Below, piece after piece: positions 1-13,400 of a DNA stretch of 64,000 nt (the stretch's first letter is position 1; every line of letters starts with the position of its first letter). The notes under the pieces are model-generated. The model worked only from the letters and a program-made list of their open reading frames with translations, was not told where the DNA came from and ran no database searches. Source of the DNA: Balanoglossus misakiensis (lineage: Eukaryota; Animalia; Hemichordata); assembly GCA_040954595.2 (NCBI GenBank), contig CM082596.2, positions 9,878,461 to 9,942,460 on the forward strand. The letters are read 5' to 3'. Made by a program: the position numbers and the translations under genes.

Positions 1-2
1 AA

Positions 3-3000
3 CCAGACACAGATGACTATTTATCAGCCGACGAAACATCAGATGATCAGACATCATTCATCATAGATGACCAAGTACCAGCTCAGGAAACGTCACATGT
101 CAACTTACTGAGTGACGGAAGTGGAGAGATTGAAGAAAGTGAAGAAATTATACACACACGCATATCAAACAAAAACACTAATGGGACGGGCACAGGAGAA
201 AGTGGTGATGAATTGGTAGGTTCTGCTTTTGACTTTAAAAATTTTATGGTTGCCAATTTGAATTTTGTGCGGTAACTTACCTTAATCACTTATGATCTAT
301 GACTTTTTACATTATTTTGATGATTTACTTTCAAAGTAAGTGTACTTACTGAAGGGTGTGCATTTACAACTTGAAAAAGTGGACATGGTGCAATATACAC
401 ATTGATTCCTTGACAGAAACATGACAGTGATACACACCAAAATGTCTCTATTCTTTTAGCAATGTGACCAACTTTTGATCATCGGAAATTTAAAAATTGT
501 TTATTTGTTTAGCTATTACAACATCGTTTAGTATTCCACTAATCAATCTGTTTTATATGTTAATGCAACTTAATACACATCGTTATTATAAAATATAAGT
601 ATGAAAGCTAGTGTCTCTATGGTTGTGAATGCATTTATTTTAATTCTCAAGGAGGCCTATTATTTAGAGCATGACCCCTGTTTTCAAAATCTGGTGATCA
701 ATGCATAAGAGATCAGAGCCTGTTTTCACAAGGTCAAATCAAGGTTAAATGTGTCAGTCCTGTGAGTGTGACCATTGCATTGTTCATGTTATTTCTGGTT
801 GTCCTATTTTTCTAAATGTACTACTATTTTTCTAATTCTCAGGGAGCTGAAGAAGGAACTGGAGAGATGAATGTCACAACAGAACAGCTTTGTCTACTTC
901 TCCAGGCTTTTGTCCTCAGACTCCGACTTACGAAAGATGCTCTCAAAGACTTGTTGCACGTCATTAACCTGATAGCACCAGAAACTGTACCAGCAACACC
1001 ATACTTTTTTAAGAACTGTTTTGCTGAGACAGCTGTGTCGTGTAAGAAGCACTTCTATTGCTGTAGTTGTATGGCATATCTTGGTGCCGAGGGCGAAATT
1101 CAAACTGACACCACTTGTGGTAGCTGTAATGAGCCTTTCAGTGAGCAAATATCTGTAGCAAATAACAATTTTTTCATTGTAATGCCAATCAAGGACCAAC
1201 TTGTAGATTTATTAGAAAATCAGAATATTAATAGTGAATTGTCAGTTTCAACTTTATTGGATGGCTCCATTTATCAAGATCTCCTTGAAAATGGTATCAT
1301 AAGAGATAATGACTTAACCCTTCTTTGGAATTGTGATGGGGTCCCTGCCTTTAAGTCCTCTGGTTTCTCAATATGGCCCATTCAGTGTGTAGTGACAGAA
1401 CTGACTCCAAAATGTCAAAAACAAAATATTCTCATGCCTGGCCTATGGTTTGGTCAATCCAAACCACAGATGGATTGTTTTTTGGCACCATTTGGTGAAG
1501 AATGTGTGAAATTGGGTAATGATGGTTTTACCTGGAGAAATCAAAGTTCTGGTGAGATAATCACAACATGTGTCCATGTGTTATTGTGTTCTTCTGATTC
1601 AGCTGCCAGGCCTTTGATGCGCAATTGCAAACAGTATAATTGGCAGTATGGATGTGACTGGTGCCTGCACCCAGGGGAATACATAGCAAAGGGCAATGGT
1701 CATGCACGTGTATATAGTGTACAGGATCTTCCTCATCCTGAGTTGAGGAATAACGATCAGTATGAGGATTGTTGTAGGCAGGCGGTTGAAAGAGACCGAC
1801 CAATATTGGGTGTGAAGGGACCCAGTGTGTGTATGTTGCTTCCCAATTTCGACATTGTGAAAGGGTTTGTTCCTGATTATTTGCATTGTGTTTTATTAGG
1901 GGTTGTCAGGCAAATCACCTCACTTTGGCTTGACAGTGAAAACAAGCAGAAACCCTGGTACTTAGCCCCTGCTAAACAACGTGTAATTAATTCCCGTTTG
2001 GTGCAGCAGTTTCCTCCAAATGAAATAACCAGGACACCACGATCGTTAGATTACAGAAAGTATTGGAAAGGTTCGGAGTGGAGAGCATTTCTCCTTTTCT
2101 ATTCTTTAATTGTTCTGAGAGGTGTGTTACCTGCAGTTTTTTCTGAACCATTGGTTTTTGCTGGTTTTTGGAATCCACACGTTACTTCAGGAAAAAGTAA
2201 CAGCCCGCTCTGTTGATCTGGCAGAGCAGGCAATCAGAAAGTTTGTGACTCAAACTGAATGCCTTTATGGGAAAGAAGTGATGTCATTTAATATGCACAT
2301 TCTACTGCATTTGTCTAGTAGTGTTAGGGAATGGGCACCTCTCTGGGCTACATCTTCCTTTGTGTTTGAAAGTCACAATGGTGTAATCATGAAGCTATTT
2401 CAGGGTACTCAAAGTGTGCCTTCACAGATATCAAACACATTCTGTCTGTGGAGAGATTTATCAAGAAGATCCACAATTATACCACAGGATAGTGATCTGA
2501 GGCCACTATTTGACAAATTGTCTAGAGGAATTGTGCATTTAAAGAGGGACTTTCATAGCTGCTCAGGGGTTGTGGCCATGGGAGCTGCTGACAAACGGAT
2601 ATAAGATTGACAGACAGGTTAGCTGTAGAGGAGGCTGTGGGCCACCCTATCTTGAATGTGAACGCCAAATATTACAAGAGATTCACTATATCAGGTGCTG
2701 TGTTCACAACAAGTAGCTACACTAGGGCAGCAAAGAGAACGAACAATTATTTTCAGGGACAAGATGAGCAATTGTATGTAATAAGAAACCTTGTAATTCT
2801 TAGGCTAGGTTGCATATGCCAAGGTGATTGTCACTGTAATGAAAGATCATTCCTGATAGCCAGTAGGTGTTTAAGTGGGAGGTCAATGTTTGTTGACAAT
2901 GAAATTGGCATACAGTGTACACATGTAAAACCACTGCATGAGATTTCACATGAAAGAATTGCTGTGCGACCGTCATTTTTGAGACGTAAATGTGTAGTTC

Positions 3001-3059
3001 TTGGAATGGGTGAGTCAATTTACCTCTCACCACTCCCCAACCCTTTTGAAAGGGACTGA
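3..3059 (+). pseudogene. EnSpm/CACTA (TnpD/Tnp2-like) DDE transposase, spliced, with two frameshifts
   Basis: Acidic exon ending at 215 (TTG|gtaggt), phase-0 intron 216-842 (ctcag|GGA). Motifs: CxxC..CxxC, LLWNCDGVPAFKSS.FSIWP, SDSAAR, YGCDWC, PDYLHCVLLGV, WKGSEWRAFLLFY, FNMHILLHL..SVREWAPLW.TSSFVFESHNG. One extra T in a T6 run near 2137-2142 (reconstructs AVFLNHWFLLV) and a 2-nt surplus near 2600 join ORFs 816-2216, 2122-2604 and 2607-3059. Confidence 0.9.
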
Positions 3060-3384
3060 TAAGGGCTGCAAAAAAGTCTGTAGGTAGCAAACACTTACCC
3101 CAGTACTGTAGTTGAGAGTCCGTTTCTTCTGATTTGTATTTATATACAGATTTGTATATGTACCAGTGTTTTGCAGATATCATTTTGAAATTGTAATAAA
3201 TGAATTATTTACAGAGACATATTTGTCAAGTATTCATTCACAATATAAAATAGAATGATTAAGAATGAATAGCTGTGTGTTTGAGCTGAATGTATACTGG
3301 TATCTGTTTGCTCGGGGTGAACTGGTTACTTTCCATGGCCAAACGATACAATCTTCGCCTAAATCAAAATCCTTAGCGTCCGGT

Positions 3385-4212
3385 CATGGTTGGCAATATT
3401 TTTCAATAGAAAATCTATTGACGGCAATAGAATTCAATAGAGACAGTGGATTTTTGTTAAAATACACTGTTCACATTGAAATGTATGTAGTTGGGGCAAA
3501 CCTGACAAACTCTTTGTCATTTTGTGATGATTATGTGCACACATTTGCTAAAAACTAGGGGAAAATGTTTCTTTCACCTATTTCATGGTTGGCAATATTT
3601 TTCAATAGAAAATCTATTGACGGCAATAAAATTCAATAGAGTCAGTGGATTTTTGTTAAAATACACTGTTCACAGTGAAATATATGTAGTTGGGCCAAAC
3701 CTGACAAATTCATTTGTCGTTTTGTGTTGATTATGTGCACACATTTGCTAAAAACTAGGGGAAAATGTTTCTTTCACCTATTTCATAGTTGGCAATATTT
3801 TTCAATAGAAAATCTATTGACGGCAATAGAATTCAATAGAGACAGTGGATTTTTGTTAAAATACACTGTTCACAGTGAAATGTATGTAGTTGGGGCAAAC
3901 CTGACAAATTCCTTTGTCATTTTGTGTTGATTATGTGCACACATTTGCTAAAAACTAGGGGAAAATGTTTCTTTCACCTATTTCATGGTTGGCAATATTT
4001 TTCAATAGAAAATCTATTGACATCAATAGAATTCAATAGAGTCTGTGGATTTCTGTTAAAATATACTTTGTTCACAGTGAAATATGTGTAATGGGGCAAA
4101 TCTTACAAATTGCTTTGTCATTGTATGATAATCATGTTAAAACCTATTAAAAATCATTTTTCACTTATTTCATGCTAGGTAATATTTTCAATAGAAAATC
4201 TATTGACGGCTA
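3385..4212. repeat. ~200-bp subterminal tandem repeat of the EnSpm element (about 4 copies plus a partial)
   Basis: catggttggcaatatttttcaatagaaaatctattgacggc recurs at ~3385, 3584, 3784, 3984, 4171. It explains the near-identical short ORFs at 3265-3930. Confidence 0.95.
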
Positions 4213-4832
4213 GTTTAATGGAAATCATCTGTATAATTCTATAGAAAATAATATTCTATTGATTTTCTATTGAATTCTACACGTTTCTATAGAGGTCTAT
4301 AGAGTTCTATAGAACCTTTTTCGTAAGGGTTGAAATGTGTTTTACATCTAAATGCATCGTTTTGGGAACATTTTCTAGTATGTATGTGATTATTAAATTG
4401 AACTTGTATATTTGCTGGGGCAACTAAATTTTCAGTAAAGATAAGGAATGCCCAATGTTCGGATTGTCTTCAAAAAGATGACAACAACTCAAGTCTCAAA
4501 AACTCTTTTGTTTTTAAGTTTGAATTGTAGTTGTCACATCATTAACGACTTCACATGTGAATGCCAAATTTCGATTCTTAGCAAATGTTGTATTTTCACA
4601 GAGAGGAGTCCATTTCTCAATCATATCACCCCGCAAACTGCCTGAACTCCAAAAACTTAACTTCAAAGCATATGGTGAAGTACAGATGGTACCAATGAAG
4701 GATTATGCGGCTGATCCACACCACATGATACTTCTCAAAGGTTATCAACTTGCAGGTAGGTATCTGTTGCTACGCAAATATTTGCAATCATACCATGATC
4801 TAGATTCTAAAGTTCACTGGTCAAATATATAT

Positions 4833-6708
4833 GGCCAAAGTAAGTAAATTCTTTGTTTTGCGTCCGCGCGCGCGTAGGTTTTCGGTTTTTTTTGAGAAAA
4901 ATAACACAAAACTCATTTGCATAAATTTCCAATCCACGGCGGTATTTTGTCGAAAAAAATGACATTTCGACAAATGCCACTTTACGGCAGTCCTATTCTA
5001 ATCATGGTGTGACGTAAAACGATACGCCCTACAGCAACTGCGCACGCTCGTAGTTGAAGTCTGTCAACACACGCTGCTGGCTGTACGCGTCCTGTCGCCG
5101 CGCATCTCCTCTGTCTGCTGGGAAAGCCAGGGATCCCCGTGATTTAACATGAATGAAGCCAACGAATAAGTCGTCCTAAAGGTTACGGAAAAAGATAAAA
5201 CTATCCTTGACTAGATCAGGATGGAAGTGACCGACGCGCAAAACTTTGCACGGCTACTGGAAGCCATGGTGAATGTACCATAAAGCCGGCCAGACAGTGT
5301 TTCAGTCGCCGATCGTCACCACCTCGTCTACCAAAGGATGTTTTTCACCTTTTGTGCGGCCCCATACCCAGGTAACTAATTTATCTTAGTAGAGAAAATT
5401 TTTATAGTCAAGCCAGAACACAATAATCTTTGTTGCTGTTTGATCACAGGGGGCTCTCCCTCCGCGATTTTGTTTGTTGTTATTGATTGGCATAATAAAT
5501 AAATATGGTCAAGTTTGTTTGTTGACATGTAAGGTATACTAGTATTCAACGGTCAGGGTTAGCGTGTACATGTATTCAACGGTTAGAGTAAGTGTTTGCA
5601 TTTTTTCGATCCATGGCACTCCCACCTGACCGTTGAATACACCGTGACCCTAACCCTGACCGTTGAATATTATACCTAACATGTCAACAAACAAACGTGA
5701 CCATATTTATTTATTATGCCAATCAATAACAACAACAAACAAACAAACAAACAAAATCGCGGAGGGAGAGCCCCCTGTGGTTTGATTTCTGTCTTTTAAA
5801 TCCAGTCACATGTTTTTTTGATTTTGTTAGATGTTTTCCTGGACAGTTTTTAAATATATTCATAAAGTGTGAAACAGTTATATTTGTCACATTTTATTTT
5901 CAAATATTTGATATTTAAAATTCATTTCATTTGTGATTTTTAGATCTAGGTCCAACAGATGATGGTGAGCATTACAAATCGTTCTGTCAGTGAAATGGTA
6001 CTAGAGAAAGGGAGCATTTAAAGGGGGGGGGTAAGCAAAAGAAAATTCTATGGTGGTAGATCAGTAAAAATAGGTGGTGGGACTGTGAAGTTCAGTGAAT
6101 GTAGAACATTTGTGTTTATTGCAATACAGTCATATTTTAAGATTGAAAATTATCATCTCATGGGTTGGCATATGCATCATACTTCGTAGTGAGATGTTAT
6201 CACTATACTCAAGCATGCTTTCGTATTTTGTTTACAGAATTTTCAAAAACATTTCTTCACAGAAATGTTTCATCGTGATCAACCAAACTTGGCAGATGGA
6301 AGTTTCTCCACATTACTACAGTGCCAGGTTGAATAGTCCTGATGTTTGATATGTTTGTGGGTCAGGAATCATCTCATCCCTATTACACCGGATATGAGGG
6401 AACAGTACCAGTCTAGCCAGCCAGAACTTGTAGAGACAGTGGCCACATTCAGCACACAAATAAGAAATCTAAAACTCGTAAAAGAAAAGCAAATGACAGA
6501 TTAAAGGCTACAAATGACATTGTATTTTGATCATATTGTAGTAGTGTGTCACACTACTACATAAATGTGCATATTGCACGAGAAAAACTCTGAAATAAAG
6601 GCAAACTAATTTTGTGTTATTTTTTGTGTGTGTGTTTTTTGACCGCTTACCCTCGTACCTTTTAGAATTTTGAGTGGACGCAAAACAAAGAATTTACTTA
6701 CTTTGGCC
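4833..6708. mobile_element. Non-autonomous DNA transposon, Zator-like (33-bp perfect TIR, TWA-type target)
   Basis: TIR ggccaaagtaagtaaattctttgttttgcgtcc at both ends; flanks tat/taa; absent from copy B (aaatata-taa-cttg). GG termini with a 3-bp TWA TSD fit Zator. Confidence 0.8.
5445..5779. mobile_element. Foldback MITE nested in the Zator-like element, P-element-like
   Basis: Long TIRs starting cacagggggctctccctccgcgatttt and ending ...gagagccccctgtg; 7-bp TSD gtttgat (5438-5444 and 5780-5786); CA..TG termini. Confidence 0.8.
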
Positions 6709-7177
6709 TAACTTGTTTACGTGGTCATTTACAACCAATTCATCATTTTGTGGTTTGTTAAGATTTTCAGTACTCTAAATTGGTACTTCAATAAAATGGT
6801 TGTAATATATTTATTAATATTTATTACACATCACGTATTATTATGCGCTCCTGGTTGGCTAATACTAAATATGACAGAAATTCATGACCTGTGCACACGA
6901 TCTGAGGCTTATGGAAGTTATTGTCGTGAGTGATGCAGTGTATTCTGTTGCAGTACTTTCACAAGCCAGCCTATTATTCCCCATCATTTCATTGCATGGC
7001 CAATTAATTACACATCCTCCTGAAAATTGTTGGAAGGTGGGCAATCAATTTCCATGGTTACATCCTGGATGAAACACTGGTACAGGTTCAAGACAAGTTT
7101 AGTGACATTGTGTGAATCCACAGCAGAATTTCACATAAACTGTATAATCCTCCATTTTTGTAATGATTGTGTTTCAG

Positions 7178-8541
7178 AAAAATCTGTGTCAAGTGGTGAT
7201 ACAAAAGAGGTTGCCATAGTGAAACCTACAACCATAGTAACCACTTCAGTGTCTACAACCACTACCACAACACAGCCACTGAAACCTGCAAACAGTTACC
7301 ATGGTTACAAGGGCCTAGCTCTGGTATGACCTCAAATCCTCTCAAATCAACTGTTGGAAGTTCATCTTTAGGTAAAGTCTCCAGTGTTGCTTCCCAGCCA
7401 TTGTCAAATTAAGTCCACACACAATTAGACCACCAAGTGTAGTGTGAGATATAGTAGAATTATTAAGAGTATTGCCGTGTTGATCTTCAGTACAATATGA
7501 GTTAAAGTTATATAGCACTTTGTGATCAGAAATTGACTCAACCAAGTCAACCCCAGATGCAGGGCCAAGGTAGAGGATATTGGTGCAGTTAGTGAAATAT
7601 GAGAATGCAAAATTTAAGTGTAGCGTAACAGCTGTCTCCTTTGATATGCGAACATTTCCTGTCACAGAAAATTCCCGTTTTACAGTATATAAATATATCA
7701 ACTAGATATTTTTACTGCAGGTGCCACACCAAGTCATCTGTCACCTGGACAACCAAGTCAAATTGGAAGTCCGTCTCCACAACATCTGTCATCCTCTCAA
7801 CAGAAACTGAGTCAGTCCCAGATGCAGGGCCAAGGTCAAAGGTCATCAATGCCTTTTGCCCAGCCTACCAGTTTACCAAACCAACCAGTATCCACTGTCA
7901 CAGCAAACAGGACACAACAACCCAATGTGACTGTTTCAAGTATCCCCATGAGACAATTTTGTCCACCCAGGTACAGTTGTGGTCTACCTTCTACTTTATG
8001 AGATTCAAATTAGCTGTTTCTAGTTACCCATCCTGTGAATTGAAAGCTTTTTATGACTGTTTCACATAGCCTTGTGTTACCATTTTCTATACAGTAAACT
8101 ATTGTTTCAAAACACATTCAAAACTTCTGTTTTGGTTGCTAGAAACCCACTCTGTGAATGCAAAGACTCTTTTGGATAATGCCAGAGACTCAGTGATCAA
8201 TTTCAATTTTTAATGAGATGTGTGTTGAAAATAGGACTTTGAGAGTTGCAAGCTCAACATCGAATCAAAAATTGAAGTCATGAATTTAAAATGGGGTTTT
8301 GAATACTGGCCTTGATAATGCTTCATATTAACTAGGTTTGTTACTCTTTTTGGACAGGCAACTTCACCACCAGAGATGACTTCCCAGCATGCACCAGCTG
8401 CTGCACTGAAAGCCACAGAGGGTGTCATGCAAATGGTAAATGCTAGTCAGTTCAGTAAGATGCCACCAATTGCTGCTGTGAATTCTATCAACTCACAGCC
8501 AGAGCAGAGATGGCCAGGTACAGATTCACAGCCACAAAGAG
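7178..8541 (+). pseudogene. Decayed exons of a Ser/Thr/Gln/Pro-rich low-complexity gene, copy A (exons ~7178-, 7721-7970, 8358-8541)
   Basis: AG/GT-bounded segments reading EKSVSSGDTKEVAIVKPTTIVTTSVSTTTTTTQP, ATPSHLSPGQPSQIGSPSPQHLSSSQQ and ATSPPEMTSQHAPAAA; frameshift in the first exon relative to copy B. Confidence 0.55.
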
Positions 8542-9324
8542 GTAGGTACAGTCAAACCTGTCTATACTGGCCAGTCAAGGGACTTCCAAAACTGACATTT
8601 ATAGACAGGTGGCTTCTATAGACAGGTCAATAAATGTGCAATGTACATGTACATGAAATGAAACAAAGTTGCCACTACATAGAGGTTGCAACAAACACAA
8701 AGTTGACTGTCATATATGTTATGTTGCCATGGCAGTCATTTACCATGAGTTCGATTATACATTGCCAAAACCGGAGGAAAAAATATTCAAGTTCCCCTTT
8801 TCATATTCTCCATCAATGGTATAATACGCCAGTGTCATGACCACACACAACTTCCACCCTGCTTGTAGCCACGAGAGTGAAAAAACCTCACCAATATGAA
8901 CAATCGGTCTCTATCATTTATTCATTTTGGGCGAGTTCTTATGCTCATATCATTCAAGCGGGATGGAAATTGTGTATGGTTGAACATTCATTCACTACAT
9001 ATACATATGTACATTAATATAAAATGTCTCTTGTATCAAACATAATGGAAAAAAGGGCAGCAAGAGAGAGACTTTGTCCCTTTAATAGAAATGTGCATGT
9101 AATATTTTATTCAAACCATCACTTCTGTCTTGAACAATCTTTCCTTAATAGAGTGGTGTACTGATTAGAGAGATGTCTTATTGACAGGTTTCACTGTATT
9201 ACCAACATTTTCAGTTCCATAATCCTTCAGTGTTTGCCAGAGAATTTGACAGCAGTCAAAAACTTTCTCTGCCATACTCACAATAAGAGAAAGCTTGCAC
9301 CTGTGTTTTACTGTTAAATTACCA

Positions 9325-9535
9325 TACCACAAAAAAACAGGTTGTTTTTGCGAGCAATAAATTTTTCGCAAAATATGCGAGAATCAACAAACGTGAAAAT
9401 AAAAAGTCGCGTAAAATGTTTTTCGGAGATAAAGATGCAATGAAATACGAGAATGTGAAAATTAATCCTCGCGTAACAGTTTGGTCTTTTAATGTCGCGA
9501 AAAATTTCCTTTCATGAAAATAATCTGTTTTACAG
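9325..9535. mobile_element. ~200-bp MITE family ending ...gttttacag(ta); other copies at ~7576-7685 (partial), ~12505-12690, ~31756-31962
   Basis: Shared core aaaaagtcgcgtaaaatgtttttc...gaaatacgagaatgcgaaaattaa...taacag and shared right terminus. Confidence 0.65.
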
Positions 9536-9540
9536 TCCGG

Positions 9541-9693
9541 TAATATTGAAGGTCAGAATGCTTTTGATGAGAGAACAATACACCAGTTGCAAAGTATCTT
9601 GACAAACATGAAATGATTGAATTCTCCGAAGAAGATATAATCTCGCAGTTGGTGTGTTGTTTCCTCATCAAAAGCATTCTGACCTTCAATATT
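9541..9693. repeat. Small palindromic (foldback) element
   Basis: taatattgaaggtcagaatgcttttgatgag is mirrored by ctcatcaaaagcattctgaccttcaatatta. Confidence 0.75.
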
Positions 9694-10426
9694 ATTCTGT
9701 TGAGCTATACATGCAATCTAGTCTATATATGTTCAGAGGTGATTATATCATCCATAATAGATCCTAAATACTAAAAGAGCATAAAATGACTGCGACAGAT
9801 ACTTTGTAAGTTGTAACAGGTGGGAAATAAGAATTTGGATAACACAGTATTTTGGCTATTGTTGGGGAGCATGAATAAGTGATTTTGGAACCCCATGTAA
9901 CACCTGTCTTACCATTAATATGACTGCATTGATGGTACCATGAGGAATGCTAGTAAAATGACTGGGGAACCCTGGTTACATTACCCTGATCATCACTATG
10001 GTTCAGTCCAAAAGCATTGTTTTCTATGTTAAGGTTGGACCTCTGAAGAGGAAATTGGGGTGGAAGGGTAAGAAAAAACACTGACTGACAATACTGCCAA
10101 TAACGAAATATTGTTTTTCTCTTCTCTTTGCATACAGCACACAAGAACAGAAACCTTGTATATTGATCTGCAACCCCCTCCACATCCCTTGCCAAGTCAA
10201 GATAGTATTAATTACAGTGGATTTACTGCAGATCAATTGACTGCCATGTTGGGTAAGGTAAGCGATGTAAAACATTTCATACAACACTGCCTACTAACAA
10301 TAGTCATATCAATCTGACAAGGGAAGATGAAAACAAAAACATCTTTTCAAACTAGCTTACTGTGCGGACCAATTTCATTAAGCCCCATTTAACAGGAATT
10401 CTGGTTTTATAATTAACTTTGATTGA

Positions 10427-13400
10427 TTGACATGTGTTTTACATCTAAATGCATCGCTTTGGGAACATTTTCTAGTATGTATGAGATTATTAAATTGAAC
10501 TTGTATATTTGCTGAGGGCAACTAAATTTTCAGTAAAGATGAGGAATGCTCAATGTTTTGATTGTCTTCAAAATGATGACAACAACTCAAGTCTCAAAAA
10601 CGCTTTGTTTTGAATTTTGAATTGTTTTTGTTGCATCAGTAACGACTTCACATGTGGATGCCACATTTGATTCTTAGCAAATGTTGTATTTTGACAGAGA
10701 GGAGTCCATTCCTCAATCATATCACCCCGCAAACGGCCTGAACTCCAAAAACTTAGCGACAAAGCGTGAAATACAGATGGTACCTATGAAGGATTATGCG
10801 GCTGATCCACACCACATGATACTTCTCAAAGGTTATCAACTTGCTGGTAGGTATATGTTGCTATGCAAATATGTGCAATCATACCATCCAGATTCTAAAG
10901 TTCACAGGTCAAATATATAACTTGTTTACGTGGCCATTTACAACCAATTCATCATTTTGTGGTTTGTTAAGATTTTCATTACTCTAAATTGGTACTTCCA
11001 TAAAATGGTTGTAATATTTATTACACATCACGTATTGTTATGCGCTCCTGGTTGGCTAATACTAAATATGACAGAACTTCATGACCTCTGCACACGATCT
11101 GAGGCTTATGGAAGTTATTGTCGCGAGTGATGCAGTGTATTCTGTTGCAGTACTTTCACAAGCCAGCCTATTATTTCCCATCATGTCAATGCCTGGCCAA
11201 TTAATTACACATCCTCCTGAAAATTGTTGGTAGGTGGGCAATCAATTTCCTTGGTTACATCCTGGATGAAACACTGGTACAGGTTCAAGGCAAGTTTAGT
11301 GACATTGTGTGATTCCACATCAGAATTTCACATCAACTGTATAATCCTCCAATTTTGTGTTTCAGAAAAATCGGTGTCCAGTGGTGATACAAAAGAGGTT
11401 GCCATAGACAAACCTACAACCATAGCAACCACTTCAGTGTCTACAACCACTACCACAACACAGCCACTGAAACCCGCATCAACAGTTACCATGTTTACAG
11501 CATCTACCTCCAGTATGACCTCAAATCCTCTCAAATCAAATGTTAGTCTCGGTTACCCAGATGCCTTTGCTTCTTCCGATGCTCTCCAGAAAAGGGTCTG
11601 GGGAAATGCTATTGAAAGCTTTGTAAAACAAAATGGCCGATGTCAGGATTTTGATCATCGCCTGATTGGCTGAGCTGTCAGTATGACCCGGGTCACTTGC
11701 TCTCAACAATGTGTGATTTTTTGTCGTCTCTTCATATCAAGAGACCGGTACTTGTTGGTTGATGCGAAAGGCAAAAGGCGTCCTCTGTTAGCATTGTTGG
11801 AGAAATTATACGAAATATCTTTGGTAGACGATTGTCGAAACTATTGCGGTGACCCGGGTCATACTGACAGCTCAGCCAATCAGGCGATGATCAAAATCCT
11901 GACATCGGCCATTTTGTTTTACAAAGCTTTCAATAGCATTTCCCCAATTTCCCCAGACTCTTTTCTGGAGAGCATCGGAAGAAGCAAAGGCGTCTGGGTA
12001 ACCGAGACAAATCAACTGTTGGAAGTTCATCCCCAGGTAAAGTCTCCAGTGTTGCTTCCCAGCCATTGTCAATTTAAGTCCGCACATAATTAGACCACCA
12101 AGTGAAGTGTGAGATATAGTAGAATATTGCCATGTTGATCTTCACTACAAGTTAGTTAAAGTTATATAGCACTCTGTGATCAACGAGTTGAAAATACAGC
12201 ATGAGTTTTCGGGGACATGTAGTCCCCTTCATCAGATGCACACGTGGAATGAACAGAGAAACAGAGAATCATGGGGTATTCAAAGTAGGAAATATGTGCA
12301 GGACCAGGTGCATCAGAAATTTTTCCTGCAGTGGATTTTCTATCTGAGGATGGTGACTTCATGACTGAAATTTTGTGTCCGTGAGCAAGGCACTTTACTT
12401 CTCATTGCTCTGAGGAGACTCATGGCTTTGTGTAGGTGATTTGCACCTTTTCTAGTCTTTCTACTAGACATATTTTCTGTGTTTGTGATAGATGAATTAC
12501 TGTCTTACAGGAAATTTTTGTGAACTTCGTGAGAACCAAAAAATGCGAATTAAAAAGTCATGTAAAAATATTTTTCAGGGATATTGGTGCAGTTAGTGAA
12601 ATATGAGAATGCGAAATTTAATTGTAGAATAACAGCTGTCTCTTAGGATTATGCGAACATTTCCTGTCACAGAAATTTTCTGTTTTACAGTATATAAATA
12701 AATCAAGTAGATCTTTTTACTGCAGATGCTACACCAACAATTCATCTGTTACCTGGACGACCAAGTCAAATTTGAAGTCAGTCTCCACAACAACTATCGT
12801 CCTCTCAACAGAAACTGATTCAACCAAGTCAGCCCCAGATGCAGGGCCAAGGTCAAAGGTCATCAATGCCTTTTTCCCAGCCTACCAGTTTACCAAACCA
12901 ACCAGTATCCACTGTCACAGCAAACAGGACTCAACAACCCAATGTGACTGTTTCAAGTATCCCCATGAGACAATTTTGTCCACCCAGGTACAGTTGTGGT
13001 CTACCTTCTACTTTTTGATATTCAAATTAGCTGTTTCTAGTTACCCATCCTGTGAATTGAAAGCTTTTTATGACTGTATCGCATAGCCTTGTCTTACCAG
13101 TGTCTACACAGTAGACTATTTATTTTCAAAACACATTCAAAACTTCTGTTTTGGTTGCAAAAAAGCCACTCTGTAAATGGAAAGACTCTTTGGATAATGC
13201 CACAGACTCATTAATCAAATTCAATTTTTAATGTGATTAATGTTGATAAGCCCTAAAACCTGATCCCTTCCAAATGTGAGTATGTGTGTTGAAAATGGGA
13301 CTTTGAGAGTTGTAAGCTCAACATCGATTCAAAAATTGAAGTCATGAAGTAAAAAATGTGGTTTTGAATACTGGCCTTGATAATGCTTCATATTAACTAG

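Larger units (their letters stand above)
1..4329 (+). mobile_element. EnSpm/CACTA (CMC superfamily) DNA transposon, right portion; left end lies upstream of the window
   Basis: Transposase ORFs at 3-3059, ~200-bp subterminal tandem repeats, short ctatagaa-type repeats, and terminus ...tttttcgtaaggg (4329; reverse complement CCCTTACG, CCC-type animal EnSpm end). The sequence after 4329 (ttgaaatgtgttttacatc) matches the paralog at 10427, fixing the boundary. Confidence 0.85.
4330..8838 (+). repeat. Tandem segmental duplication 1, copy A (paralog at 10427-13908)
   Basis: Colinear high similarity from ttga(a/c)atgtgttttacatctaaatgcatcg to cagtgtcatg; near-identical ORF-track peptides (4557/10681, 6721/10930, 7027/11224, 8376/13441). 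Confidence 0.95.

Noticed and set aside
2130-2145. Programmed -1 ribosomal frameshift at TTTTTTC in the transposase
   Set aside because: The downstream ORF is in the +1 frame and a second break follows at ~2600; a mutation or homopolymer error is simpler.
11224-12093. ORFs on opposite strands sharing the peptide LGYPDAFASSDALQKRVWGN
   Set aside because: Artefact of translating the two arms of the inverted repeat.
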